Shown here piece after piece: positions 11,890-23,469 of a stretch of DNA of 64,000 nt. The DNA is from Sphyrna mokarran (taxonomy: Eukaryota). Position numbers and translations under genes: made by a program. The stretch is taken from positions 47,740,001 to 47,804,000 of the forward strand of contig JAGIQG010000011.1 in NCBI GenBank assembly GCA_024679065.1, read 5' to 3'. The notes under the pieces were generated by a model. The model was not told the DNA's origin. It was given only the letters and a program-made list of their open reading frames with translations, and ran no database searches. Numbering within the stretch: the stretch's first letter is position 1; each line of letters begins with the position of its first letter.

Positions 11890-14770
11890 GTAGCATTAAA
11901 ACTGATAAATCTCCGGGGCCTGATGGCATTTATCCCAGGCTGCTTAGGAGGTGCGAGGTGAAATTGCTGGGCCTCTGACGCAAATCTTTGTCTCTTCCTT
12001 GGACACAGGTGAGGTCTCAGAGGACTGGAGAATAGCTAATGTTGTACCGTTGTTTAAAAAGGGTAGGAGGGATAACCCTGGAAAGTGTAGGCCGGTGAGT
12101 TTGACGTCAGTGGTAGGGAAGCTGTTGGAGGGGATTCTTAGAGATAGGATGTATAAGCACTTTGAACGTTGCGATCTGATTAGGGATACGCAGCATGGAT
12201 TTGTTAAGGGGAGGTCGTGCCTTATAAATCTGGTAGAATTTTTTGAAATGAAAATGGTGGACGAAGGGTGAGCCATTGATGTCATCTATATGGATTTTAG
12301 TAAGGTGTTTGACAAAGTTGATAAGGTCAAGGCTAATGGGATACAAGGACAGGTAGCTAGATGGATAAGTAACTGGCTTGGTAATAGGAGTCATGATGTA
12401 GCGATGCCGGCGTTGGACTGGGGTGAACTCAGTAAGAGTCTGGCAAAACCAATTTTAAATCCAACCCATTTATTTGATAGTAAATCTGCTAGCTTTCAGC
12501 CTTTGTAGCCTTCATCAGGCGAATGAGGTGTTCTGGTCTCCAAAAGCGCACACATCAGCACAGATAGTTTACAGATTGCTGATTAGAATGCAAACCCTTA
12601 CACCTAACCTGCTATTCAAGTCTTAAACTGGCTAACAATGTGGGTGGAAGGAATATTGAGCACAGGTTAGAGGGATGTGTATTGTCTCCAGATAGCACAG
12701 TAAGTGAGGTTTTTTGCTAACCCAGGCAAGTCATGGGGGTTACAGATAGTGTGACTTGGCTTCATGTCACACTATCTGTAACACCCATGACTTGTCTGGG
12801 TTAGCAAAGAATCTCACTTACTGTGCTGTCTGGAGACAATACACATCCCTCTAATCTGTGCTCAATATTCCTTCCACCCACATTGTTAGCCACTTTAAGA
12901 CTTGAATAGCAGGTTAGGTGTAAGGATTCTCATTCTAATCAGCAATCTGTAAACTGTGCTGATATGTGTGCTTTTGGAGACCAGAACACCTCATTCGCCT
13001 GATGAAGGCTACAAAGGCTGAAGCTAGCAGATTTACTATCAAATAAATCGGTTGGATTTAAAATTGGTGTTGCCAGACTCTTACTTGGTAATAGGAGATA
13101 GAGAGTAATAGTGGAAGGGTGATTTTCTAGCTGGAGGTCAGTCACTAGTGGTGTGCCGCAGGGCTCAGTACTGGGACCTCTTCTATTTGAAATATATATA
13201 TAAATGACTTGGAAGAGAGAGTAAGTGGAGTGATCAGCAAGTTTGCAGACGATACAAAGATGGCTGGACTTGCGGATAGTGAGGAGCATTGTCAGGTGAT
13301 GCAGCAGGACATAGATAGGCTGGTAGCTTGGGCAGACAGATGGCAGATGGAATTCAATCCTGATAAATGTGAGGTGATGCATTTTGGGACAAAGAATGTA
13401 GGGGGGAGGTATATGATAAAGGGTAGACCTATTAAGAGTATAGAAACGCAGAGGGACCTGGGGGTGCAGGTGGATGCTAGAGGGAGTTTTTTCACACAGA
13501 GGGTGGTGGGGGTATGGAATGTGCTGCCAAGTAAAGTGGTGGAGGCAGGTATTCTGGTGTTATTTAAGAAATACTTAGATGGGCACATGAACAGAATGGG
13601 AGTGGAGGGTTATAGAAAACTGGTTTAAAATAGGAATCATGAGCCTTGGGAGTCTCTGAAGGTGGCAGAGCAAGTGGAGAAGGTTGTGAAGAAAGCATAT
13701 AGTATGTTAGCCTTTATAGGAAGGGGTATAGAGCACAAGAGCTGGCCTTTAATGTTGCTGTTGTATAAAACATTGGTTAGACCTCATTTGGAATACTGCG
13801 TCCAGTTCTGGTCGCCTTACTACTGGAAGGACGTGGAGAGTCTGGAGAGAGTGCAGAGGAGGTTTACCAGGATGCTGCCTGGTATGGAAGGTCTGAGTTA
13901 CGAGGCAAATTGGGACTGTTTTCCTTAGAAAGACGTAGACTTAGAGGAGATCTAATAGAGGTATACAAGATTATGAGGGGTATAGATAGAGTAAACAGGG
14001 TTAAGCTCTTTCCTAGGATGGACTCAAATAGCACGAGGGGTGACGAGCTTAGGGTAAGGAGGGGTAAGGTATAATTTGGATGCTAGAGGGAGTTTTTTCA
14101 CAGAGGCTGGTGGGGGTATGGAATGCGCTGCCAAGTAAAGTGGTGGAGGCAGGCACTCTGGAGTTATTTAAGAGATACTTAGATGGGCACATGAACAGAA
14201 TGGGAATGGAGGGTTATAGAAAACTGGTTTAAAATAGGGATCATGAGCCTTGGGAGTCCCTGGGAAGTGTGTAAATAGATTATGATATTGATGTACTTGC
14301 TTTTATCCTACAGGTGCTTTGGTCCACCTTGTTGTCTAATGAGGGGCATACATGCGATGGGTCGTGAGAGGGCTGCTCTTGGATTTTTTTTTGGGAGTAT
14401 CCTAGTGCTTCACGTCATTAGTATACGCTTGAACTGGACCATTTGATGGGCAATACGACAGCTCAGTGACTATCGCTGTGCTGTGCAGATACATGGATTT
14501 GGGCTTGTGTCTGTGGGAGTTTGTGCATTCTCCCCGCGCTTGCATGGGTTTTCTCTGGGTGCTCCAGTTTCCTCCCACATCCCAAAGATGTGCTCTTAGG
14601 CTGATTGGCAGAACAAATTCTCCCTAAATTGTCTCAAATTTGGTTTTTAATCCATAGATGTATAAACATAGACAGGGATCGCGGATAGAGGTGGGAACAT
14701 CAGGGAGGCGGCGCAGGCTCGTTGGGCTGAAGGGCCTGTTTCCCGTGCTGTTTTGTTCTTTGTTGTTTGT
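11890..14770 (+). mobile_element. 5'-truncated CR1 LINE with long 3' UTR, interrupted by a Penelope palindrome and an internal duplication
   Basis: RT motifs in ORFs 11951, 12290, 13209 (KFADDTK) and 13662; 3' end gggcctgtttcccgtgctgttttgttctttgtt. Confidence 0.9.
12391..13085. mobile_element. Penelope-like element pLTR inverted dimer (arms 12431-12755 and 12766-13085) with TSD
   Basis: Long inverted repeat with a 10-nt loop. The right side begins with codons GFMSHYL*, matching the end of the PLE ORF near 60860. cttggtaataggag is duplicated at 12377-12390 and 13084-13097. Confidence 0.88.
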
Positions 14771-16799
14771 AATATATTTGACAGCCCTTTGCAGATGAGT
14801 GGCTGCCTATGAGCACAACTTGTTGTCATTATCTTGACGAGGTCCTGCCGCCAAAATGGCTCAGGCCTCCTACCACTATGATAATGTACACATGTTTATG
14901 CTTGATCAACATTAAATCAGGTCTAATGTACTTTAGCACAATGCATTATAACAACAAAAAATAACATATTTTCCATACAAAGTTGGTGCCTTTGAAAGGC
15001 GACAATATCCTCCAGTTGGTGACTAATTCATAGAATCCTATAGTGCAGAAGAAGATCCATCAAGTCCGCATGGATTCTTACCCAGGCTTCCCCTGTAACC
15101 CCATGTATTTACCCCACTAATTCCCAGAACCAATAATTTTGGGCTACTAAGAGGCAATTTAGCACAGCCTTGGGTCATCCACAGATTGAATAATTCAGAG
15201 ACCCCATCAAATCCTTAATTTTTTAATCCCTCTATGGTTGACCACCCTATCGTGCGTTCTTTCTGCAAACTCCTCCAGCAACATATTATCCCCAAATCTC
15301 ACTGTTTCTTTGACTCCAGCCTCATGTCCAATCTACTTGCTTTCACCCCAATGTTGGTATTTTGTGTATTCAATCATTTGGGCCTTACTTTCTGGGATTT
15401 ACTGTCATTTACCCTCTTTTTGGCCAAGCTGAGGTGATACACGGAATACAGTGTTGAAGCTTTACATCATGCATCCATCAGGACATTGCACAAGAATATC
15501 AATAGTAAAGGGAACAACAATTTATACTATATGAGAAAAGAGTGCTGATTGGTTGGCAAGTGGATTCTGACTGGTAGAGATGTTACCGAGGAGACTGCAC
15601 CTCGAACAGTTAACTGCCAAGCTTGTGCTCAAATTCAAATTGAGCATTCTGATTGATCAAGGCACTACCAAAGGGAATGAACCAGGAAATGGCGGTTCCC
15701 TCAAATTTTTGCTTAGTTGAAAAAAGAATGCAGAGGCATGCTCCTTCTGTCTGAGAAGCACAGGGCTGTGTGTGTGAATATATGTGGCTTCTAGCTCATA
15801 TAAGAAAACCACATTACGTGCACAATGTCTTGACAACATGTCTCTTTTTTCAGTCATACTCAAGTCTGGTACTACCAAACAATTATAAACTTGGAATCGT
15901 TCCTCATAATTTCTGTTTCTTTCTGATGAACAGCAACAGTGACAATGGCATTGTAATATCTATTACTGCACCTTGAGTGACATTAGGACATAGTGGCCCA
16001 GGCAATGGCCTTATCCAACATCAATATTAGACACATCAGTCAGGATACTGTCATGCAAGTCTGACCCCATTGCAATTTTCAAACAATCTAAGAACCTTCT
16101 GCTAAAGAGAAGGCATTCACTCAAAACTCAGCTTTGCAGTCAGTCACAATTGTACTTGTGTCATTATTTAAAGAGCACTTGCAGATAAGTGGATGAATCA
16201 TTGGATCTGTTGTGACATACATTACTGATTTCTTCAAAGTTGTTGAAGGTTTTTTTCTGGACTTGAGGAACTCCTTAGAAGGCAGATAGTCTGATTAAAA
16301 TAGGAGTAATTACAGTACTTTTTAATAGTGATGGAGGAAGAAAAGCAGGAACAGTAGCAACAACACGGAGAACCATAACTGCTGAGAAGACAGCAAGAAT
16401 CTTGCAAGGGAGCAAGAGTATGACTGCATCCAGTACTTACAATTATTTATCACAACTTTTTGATGGAGTAATTAGTGCAAAGGCCATGAAATTGTAACTG
16501 CACAGTGTCACCCACTCCAGTCTGACTTGATCCAACATATAATGAGGGTAATGCTTTGCCAGTGAATGTCAAGATGACTATGGCCCAAACTCCTTTTCCT
16601 CTGTGTCCATTCGAGCTGCAGCAAATGACATGGTGCCTAATAACTAATCTGTCTAATGGACAGATTTTGTGTTTGACAGACAAAAATGCCTTATTTCAAA
16701 AGACAGCAAGTACAGATCTTTTTCCATGGAAAGCAGAGGTTAATCTGAGTGGACTGTTTGCTTCTGTGGGATCACAAAGTAAGAAGGACAATAGATTTT

Positions 16800-17115
16800 T
16801 TTTGCAACTTTATTCCAATCTAATCAAGTCAAATTAAAGCCAATTCAGAGTCCCAACAAGTTGGGACATTCCCGATCCAAGCTGACAAGACAGGGCTCTC
16901 ACCACCTGTCTTGGGCTTGATCTATATGATCCAAGCTGATTGGAGTAAGTATAGCTCCTCCTCCAAGGCTTGAGCTAAGTTGTATTTTAGCCAAAAGGCC
17001 GAGATGCCGCTTTAAAAAATTGCTTCAAATGAAGCTGAAATGTAACCTAATGACTTCAACCAAGTACAACATGTCGACACTACACTTGATCTTAGCCAAA
17101 AGGCCGAGTAGCGAA
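16800..17115 (-). mobile_element. U2 snRNA-headed retroposed element with short A-tail and 16-bp TSD
   Basis: 17079-17114 on the minus strand equals U2 nt 2-37 with 1 mismatch; second U2 match (nt 7-24) at 16987-17004; TSD aaggaca[a/g]tagatttt at 16784-16799 and 17116-17131. Confidence 0.85.
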
Positions 17116-17741
17116 AAGGACAGTAGATTTTATACAGGTGCTGATGTCCTCACAATGAGTGTAAGACAGAGTGCACAGGAGGATCAAGTTTTAAAGAGCA
17201 GGAAAGTGTCAGCACAGTGACATTTGCTGGGAAAAAAGTGCAACCACTAGATAACAATCTGTAGCTCATGCTTCCCAATGAGGGGTCCACACACAATAAT
17301 TTGACCTCTCATAGTTTTTATCAAGTAGATCTTCCAATTGTCCCACATATCAGCATCAAATACCTGTATATGTTTTACATTACAACAGTCATTATCATCA
17401 AACTGGATCAAAAACTACTTGAAACTGCTTGTTGGCATCTGTACCAAAAAAGTCTGCAATTTCATTGCATCGAGCCAACTTTGTAGTATTTCTTCATCTG
17501 GAGGAATTTAAGCTTCAAGAACAGGCTAATTTCAGGCTGTTTCTATTATAATGTGATCCTTTAGGGCAATAAAACAGAAAGAACTTCCTTGAATCTTTTC
17601 ACTATTACTTTAAAGATGGAAAATGTTTTTATTGCAGCGCCGTGAAACAGAATCATTTGTGCGACCTTAAATTGGACAACTGTCCTTCAAACCTGACATT
17701 ATTTTCCAACGTAAAGAAAATATTTTAAAAGTTGTATTTAC

Positions 17742-17988
17742 CTTTTCCAGATGGAAAGAAGCACTCCATCTCCACACTGCTGCGTGAATGAGAAATGCAG
17801 AGTGTACTGCTGGGAACCAAACCTTCTAATGGAGGACTTCTATCTGTCGTACGCACTAAGCACCAGCCAGGTCTTTCACTTGGTCTCTCCAATAGCTCAA
17901 CAGTCTGTCCTATTTGGATGCTGAGTTCACTGTTGTTGCCGGCTAAGAAGTCTTGTAACACTACGGTCAATTCACAGCCTCCAGAAAG
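17742..17988 (-). CDS. KALRN: Kalirin first SH3 domain exon (LSGGCELTVVLQDFLAGNNSELSIQIGQTVELLERPSERPGWCLVRTTDRSPPLEGLVPSSTLCISHSRSSVEMECFFPSGK)
   Basis: Inside ORF 17725..18180. Acceptor tttccccaacag|CTT, donor AAAG|gtaaat; 247 nt, phase 0 to 1; kalirin-type SH3 sequence. Confidence 0.96.
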
Positions 17989-20371
17989 CTGTTGGGGAAA
18001 CAGATGTTTTGATATAATGACAAGTGTTTGGATTATAATAATATAACATGATGATAACAATTTGGCAAAAAGGTTGAAATCTTTGAAGATTGTAGGATTT
18101 CTATTACATTGAGTTTGTTCTTTTTCAAAATTTTTGGTTGAAATCAAATAATGTTTCTCTTCATGTGAGCCAATGCTCACGGACCTGAAACATTAACTCT
18201 GTTTTTCTCTCCATAGACATGCCAAGTGCTTCCAGCATTTTCTGCTTTACTTCAATACTAAATCAACATGTTTCAAAGGTTCAATAACTTCTCTTCAAGC
18301 ACAGCTGACCAAGCAAAACTTGTAGCTGTATGGACTAAATTGTTCCATTCCTATAATCAGGCTGTTTAATTCCCCATTGGTCAGCTCAGCAACCATTTCC
18401 CTCTCCAGAAGTATCCTAATCCTGCAAGTCACACATTTTACTGTCCCTGTTTCAAAAATCATTCGAGGTTGTATACTAGTATTGCACACATTGGTGTTTG
18501 CAGTCAATTGCATCAAGTCAAAATGTTTGCATTCCTTCAACAGAGGATGCTTAATCTGTCATAAGGAGGGCACTTTCAAACTGTTTCTGAATAACATGAT
18601 CCTTTGTGGTAGTGTCTTTATAGAAATAACTTTGTTGATCAGGTAAATGATTCTTCTACTGTTGATGACATTCACAGCGCATTGAAGTTGTCAACCTCCA
18701 ACAGCTTTGCAAGTCCAGATTTGGGACCCAAATACGGTACTGAGTTGCATTGATCTGATAAAGTTTAGTTTAACAATTGCATAGGTTGCTAGTTTCTGTT
18801 CAAGCACAGTTTGCTGAGACTATATCTTAATTTGAAAATCTTATTTAAATTTTCAGGATTACAATTTAGAGATCTTTTTCTAAAACCCATATAAAATGAA
18901 GCTCACTTAATGGGTAACCGTGAAATCCATGATTTAACTTGTCAGGCTAAAGTATCAGTCTCTGAAAATCTACAGCAACTCCAATGGAACCCTATTGTAA
19001 CCTTGGCAACAACTCATTGGAATCAGTTTGGAATACAGATGGACCCGGTTCCAGAATTAAACCACAGTTTCTAAAATGGCCTTTTGAGGGCTTGAACCCA
19101 CCTGTTTCTACAAGACCATCAACATAAAGGAGGGTTAAACCTTCCTATAATATGGCAACATGGTAACATAGTGATAAGGTAACTGGACCAGTAATCCAGA
19201 AGCTGTCTCTGTTGGGACATGGATTCAAAGCATGAATCCATGCAGCACAGCAGCTGGTAGAGTTTAAATTAATTTAATACACCTGGAATATAAAATTAAT
19301 CTCAGTAATAGTGACTATGAGGACTGTCATCAATTGTTGTAAAATGTCCTCCAGGGAAAGAAGTCTGTTGCCCTTACTTGGTCTGCTTTACATGTGACTC
19401 CAGACCCACAGCAATGTGGCTGACTCTTAATTGCCCTCTGAACTGACCCAGCAAGTCGTTTAATTCATGGGAAAATTTGGGGGGCCCACAAATGCTCAGC
19501 CTGCCAGCAATACCCACATTCTGTAAAAGAATAAGAAATAAAATTGCAAAATTGCAGATCTATCCTATTCATACTACATGATCATTTAGTTTCTTTTCAA
19601 CACATCACATTAAGTGCCAGTCTGTCATCACCTAATTGGTTCCTGGTCCAGCAAAACCTCACATTTTAAATTCTTACTCTTATGTTCAATCTCTCTATGG
19701 TCTTGCCCTTCCCTTTCTCTGTAACTTCCCCAGCCTATATTGGCACAATGTAGTGGACTTTGTGGAAAATGGATCAAATATATCAGCTGTTCTCTCTCTT
19801 CTACATCATTTAATTGGCATTAAAATCTGTTCTTACTGAACAAAATGTAAATTTAGATAAGCAGTTATAGAGGGCATTTGTGTGTGTGTTTGTGTGGATG
19901 GGTGGGGTTGAAATTTAGATGCTAATTTTAATTATCCACTGAATTTATTGAACTGAATCTATCCTGAAGTGGCCAGTTCGTGGAGTGAAATCAAGTTGCA
20001 TTCTCGCATCCTCCAGAAGTATGGCTGTACAGGATCTGGCACATTACTAACTGTCTGATACTAATGATATTCTGAAAGAATCTTGTCAATCATCAAATTC
20101 AAATTCTCTTCCTGCTTAGCCGCCAACATTGATGTCTTATCACATTCCGAGTACTTACACCATTGTGCCTTATTCCACATTTTTCCATGTTAAAATTCAT
20201 CTACCTCAAGTGGTTCTTTCTACTTATTATCTTTTCACAATGTTTTCTGCACATCAGTGAATTCAGAACACCAGGGAAACCATAAATTTCAGTGGAACCA
20301 GAGGAGGTAATTCAAGAGTATGCATTGAGTTGGATAAAATGCACGTTCGAACAATGGCATAAAAATATAAT

Positions 20372-20525
20372 GGTGTGGAGATGCCTGTGTTGGACTGGGG
20401 TAAACACAGTTAGAAGTCTCACAACACCAGATTAACCTGAGGAAGGGTCAAAGCCCGTAAGTTAGTGGCGTTTAGTATCAAATACACCTGTTGGCCTTTA
20501 ACCTGATGTTACAAGATTTCTTACG
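20372..20525 (+). mobile_element. Short Penelope pLTR insertion with degenerate hammerhead
   Basis: Same inverted extension (gatgcc.gtgttggactggggtaaacacagt) and terminus (ctg.tgtt..aga.ttcttac) as the 12391 and 45711 copies; aaatataatg is repeated on both flanks. Confidence 0.7.
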
Positions 20526-20582
20526 TAGGAAATATAATGCAGAGAAGTATGCATGCTGGGAAATGGGTGCCATGGACTGTTT

Positions 20583-21562
20583 CTTATTGTCATCAGGGCG
20601 GCAGTCTGTGCTTCAATGGATGGGGAAGCACTGCTAGGTCATTAGCAACTTAACTGGGGCTCTTCTGCAGTTTCCAATGACGGTGCCATATATTCTACTG
20701 ATGTCAACTGGGCTTTGATGATATTGCCACAAATGAAAGCTTGTGACTAAAGAGTCACAACTTTCAGCTGCTATACATCATTGAAAATTGACTCAAACCG
20801 AACATATAAGCATTACTATCCTTGAAGAAGCTTTTTGTACTTGACTATGGCATCCAAGGACTCCAAAGCCTATGGCAAGCTTCTCCTTGACCTTTGTTGA
20901 GATGGTAGCACATCCTTATCCAGTTCTGTGCTCAGTCACAGAACACAAGGATACTAAAGAGTATGGAACAGGATCTTGCAATTATCACTGGATACCCATT
21001 AACAAGCTCTACATCACACGGAAGATGATCTTGAGAAGAAAATCTGTGCTGCAGAGAACAATGTTTACTGATCATCACCAGGGTCTGTGCTACACCTCAC
21101 AAGATATGACATACACAGTATAGACTGAGGCAATGTTAGTGTTTGTTTCATCTTTCTTCTTGAAGCCAATGGCAGCTGCAGGAACAGTAGCGTCTATTCC
21201 TCCTGGTACAGGCCATTAACTAGAAATCACAAGACTCTTGTGGATCTTAGAGAACAAAGTGGAAATATCAGCAAGTCTGATTTCATGAAAGCAGAATCAA
21301 ATGCACACACTCTTGCAAGGATTTGAAGTAAATGGCTCCACACAGTTTATTTCCCCATAGATCAATGAGCTACTATTCTCAAGAGTATGGGTTGTAAGTG
21401 AGCCTACTGCTCTTCTTCATAATAATAGCAATAGCAGTTGACATCAGTAGAATATATGGCACCGTCATTGGAAACTGCAGAAGAGCCCCAGTTAAGTTGC
21501 TAATGACCTAGCAGTGCTTCCCCATCCATTGAAGCACAGACTGCCGCCCTGATGACAATAAG
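20583..21562. repeat. Perfect 128-bp inverted repeat (20583-20710 / 21435-21562), plus outer 32-bp inverted repeat (20006-20037 / 21567-21598)
   Basis: Base-by-base reverse complement with no mismatch seen. Confidence 0.92.
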
Positions 21563-21602
21563 CATAAGATCCTGTACAGCCATACTTCTGGAGGATGCTT
21601 TC

Positions 21603-23018
21603 GAACATAGAACATAGAACATAGAACATTACAGCACAGAACAGGCCCTTCGGCCTTCGATGTTGCGCCGACCAATATAAAAAGCAATGCCCCTCCAAAC
21701 TTAAACCATTCCCTTCTCTTCCATATACTTATCAACTAACCTCTTAAACGCCACCAAACTTGGCGCATCCACAACTGCTCCAGGCAGGGCATTCCACTCC
21801 CGAACCACCCTTTGGGTAAAGAACCTGCCTCTGATATCCGTCCTATAACTATCACCCCTTAATTTACAGCTGTGTCCCCTCGTGCTAGCTTTTTCCATCC
21901 TAGGAAAAAGGCTATCACTGTCCACCCTATCTAAACCTCTAATCATCTTATATGTTTCGATCAGGTCCCTCTTAGCCTCCTCCTTTCTAACGAAAACAAC
22001 CTCAAATCCCTCAGCCTCTCCTCATAAGACCTGCCCTCCATACCAGGCAACATCATGGTAAACCTCCTCTGTACCCTCTCCAATGCCTCCACATCTTTCT
22101 TATACTGTGGGGACCAGAACTGCACACAATACTCCAAGTGCGGCCGCACTAGAGTTTTGTACAGTTGCAACATGACGTTGCGGCTCCGAAATTCAATCCC
22201 TCTACCAATAAAAGCCAAGACTCCATATGCCTGCCTAACAACCTTCTCGACCTGACTGCCTACTTTCAGGGATCTATGCACATACACACCAAGATCCCTC
22301 TGTTCATCTAGACTACTAAGAATCCTACCATTTGCCCTATACTCTACACATTTATTATTTCTGCCATAGTGCAGTACCTCACACTTTTCCACATTAAACT
22401 CCATTTGCCACCTCTCGGCCCAGCTCTGCAACTTGTCCAAGTCTCTCTGTAAACTATAACACCCCTCTTCACTATATACCACTCCACCGACTTTAGTGTC
22501 ATCTGCAAATTTACTAATCCATCCTTCAATACCCTCATCCAGATCATTTATAAAAATTACAAACAGCCGGGGCCCCAAAACAGACCCCTGAGGTACACCA
22601 CTTGTCACCGAACTCCAAGATGAATATCTCCCATCAACCACCACCCTCTGTCTTCTATCTGCTAGCCAATTCCTAACCCAATTAGCTAAATCACCCTCTA
22701 TCCCATACATCTGCATTTTCTGCAGAAGTCTTCCATGGGCCACCTTATCAAACGCCTCACTAAAGTCCATATATACCACATCAACCGCCTTACCCCCATC
22801 CACCTCTTTGGTCACTTTTTCAAAAAACTCAATGAGGTTAGTAAGGCACGACCTACCCTTCACAAAACCATGCTGACTATCTCCAATCAATCCATTACTC
22901 TCTAAATAACTATAAATCCTATCCCTAATTATTCTCTCCAACACTTTGCCCACCACAGAAGTAAGACTCACTGGCCTATAATTCCCTGGAAGGTCTCTCT
23001 TCCCCTTCTTGAACAAAG
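21603..23018 (-). mobile_element. Young 5'-truncated CR1/HER1-like LINE (RT domain)
   Basis: 351-aa ORF with [19 protein letters not shown] and FADD motifs; (TTCTATG)n tail; one frameshift near 21961. Confidence 0.95.
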
Positions 23019-23469
23019 GAGAACTGCCTCTTCAGATGTCTTCAAAAATGGAAGTCACACGTGAGTAAAGATCTTCCCAGCTTCAGGAATGAAATGAAGC
23101 AACCTTTAAGTATAAAATGATGTTAATGAAAGAGCGTCTTGTTCTGTAAACTGTTATGGTGGAGCATGTCTGTAGGGGACTGGCTCTTCTCTAACACTGC
23201 CTAATTCTCTTGGCTTACATGACTGCTGATGACTCAGCTTTCTTTTCCATCTCCAACATTTAAAAAATAACGTAGCAAATAATATTCACATGTTTTTGGA
23301 TGTGGAAGATTCAGTGTGGCCAAGCTTTTTGATTTTCTGAGGGAAGTGCTTACCCACATCAACTGTAGTAAACCCTACAGAGAATGTTGTTTATTTAAGA
23401 ACTTCTAAAAGACATTTGCTAAATAATTCAATGCAAAACTTGAGTTTTGGTGTCACAAGTTGGCTTACA

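Noticed and set aside
16340-16370. Cys-rich PCCCYCSC on the minus strand, like the Duet first exon (KCCCCFPCR)
   Set aside because: No matching flanking residues or adjacent splice donor.
17079-17114. Functional U2 snRNA gene
   Set aside because: Only nt 2-37 are present, with no Sm site or 3' stem-loops, and the element is flanked by a TSD.
23054-23107. Minus-strand ...AGKIFTHV*, resembling the Kal7 STYV end
   Set aside because: No AG acceptor gives this frame in phase 0, and an in-frame stop lies just upstream.
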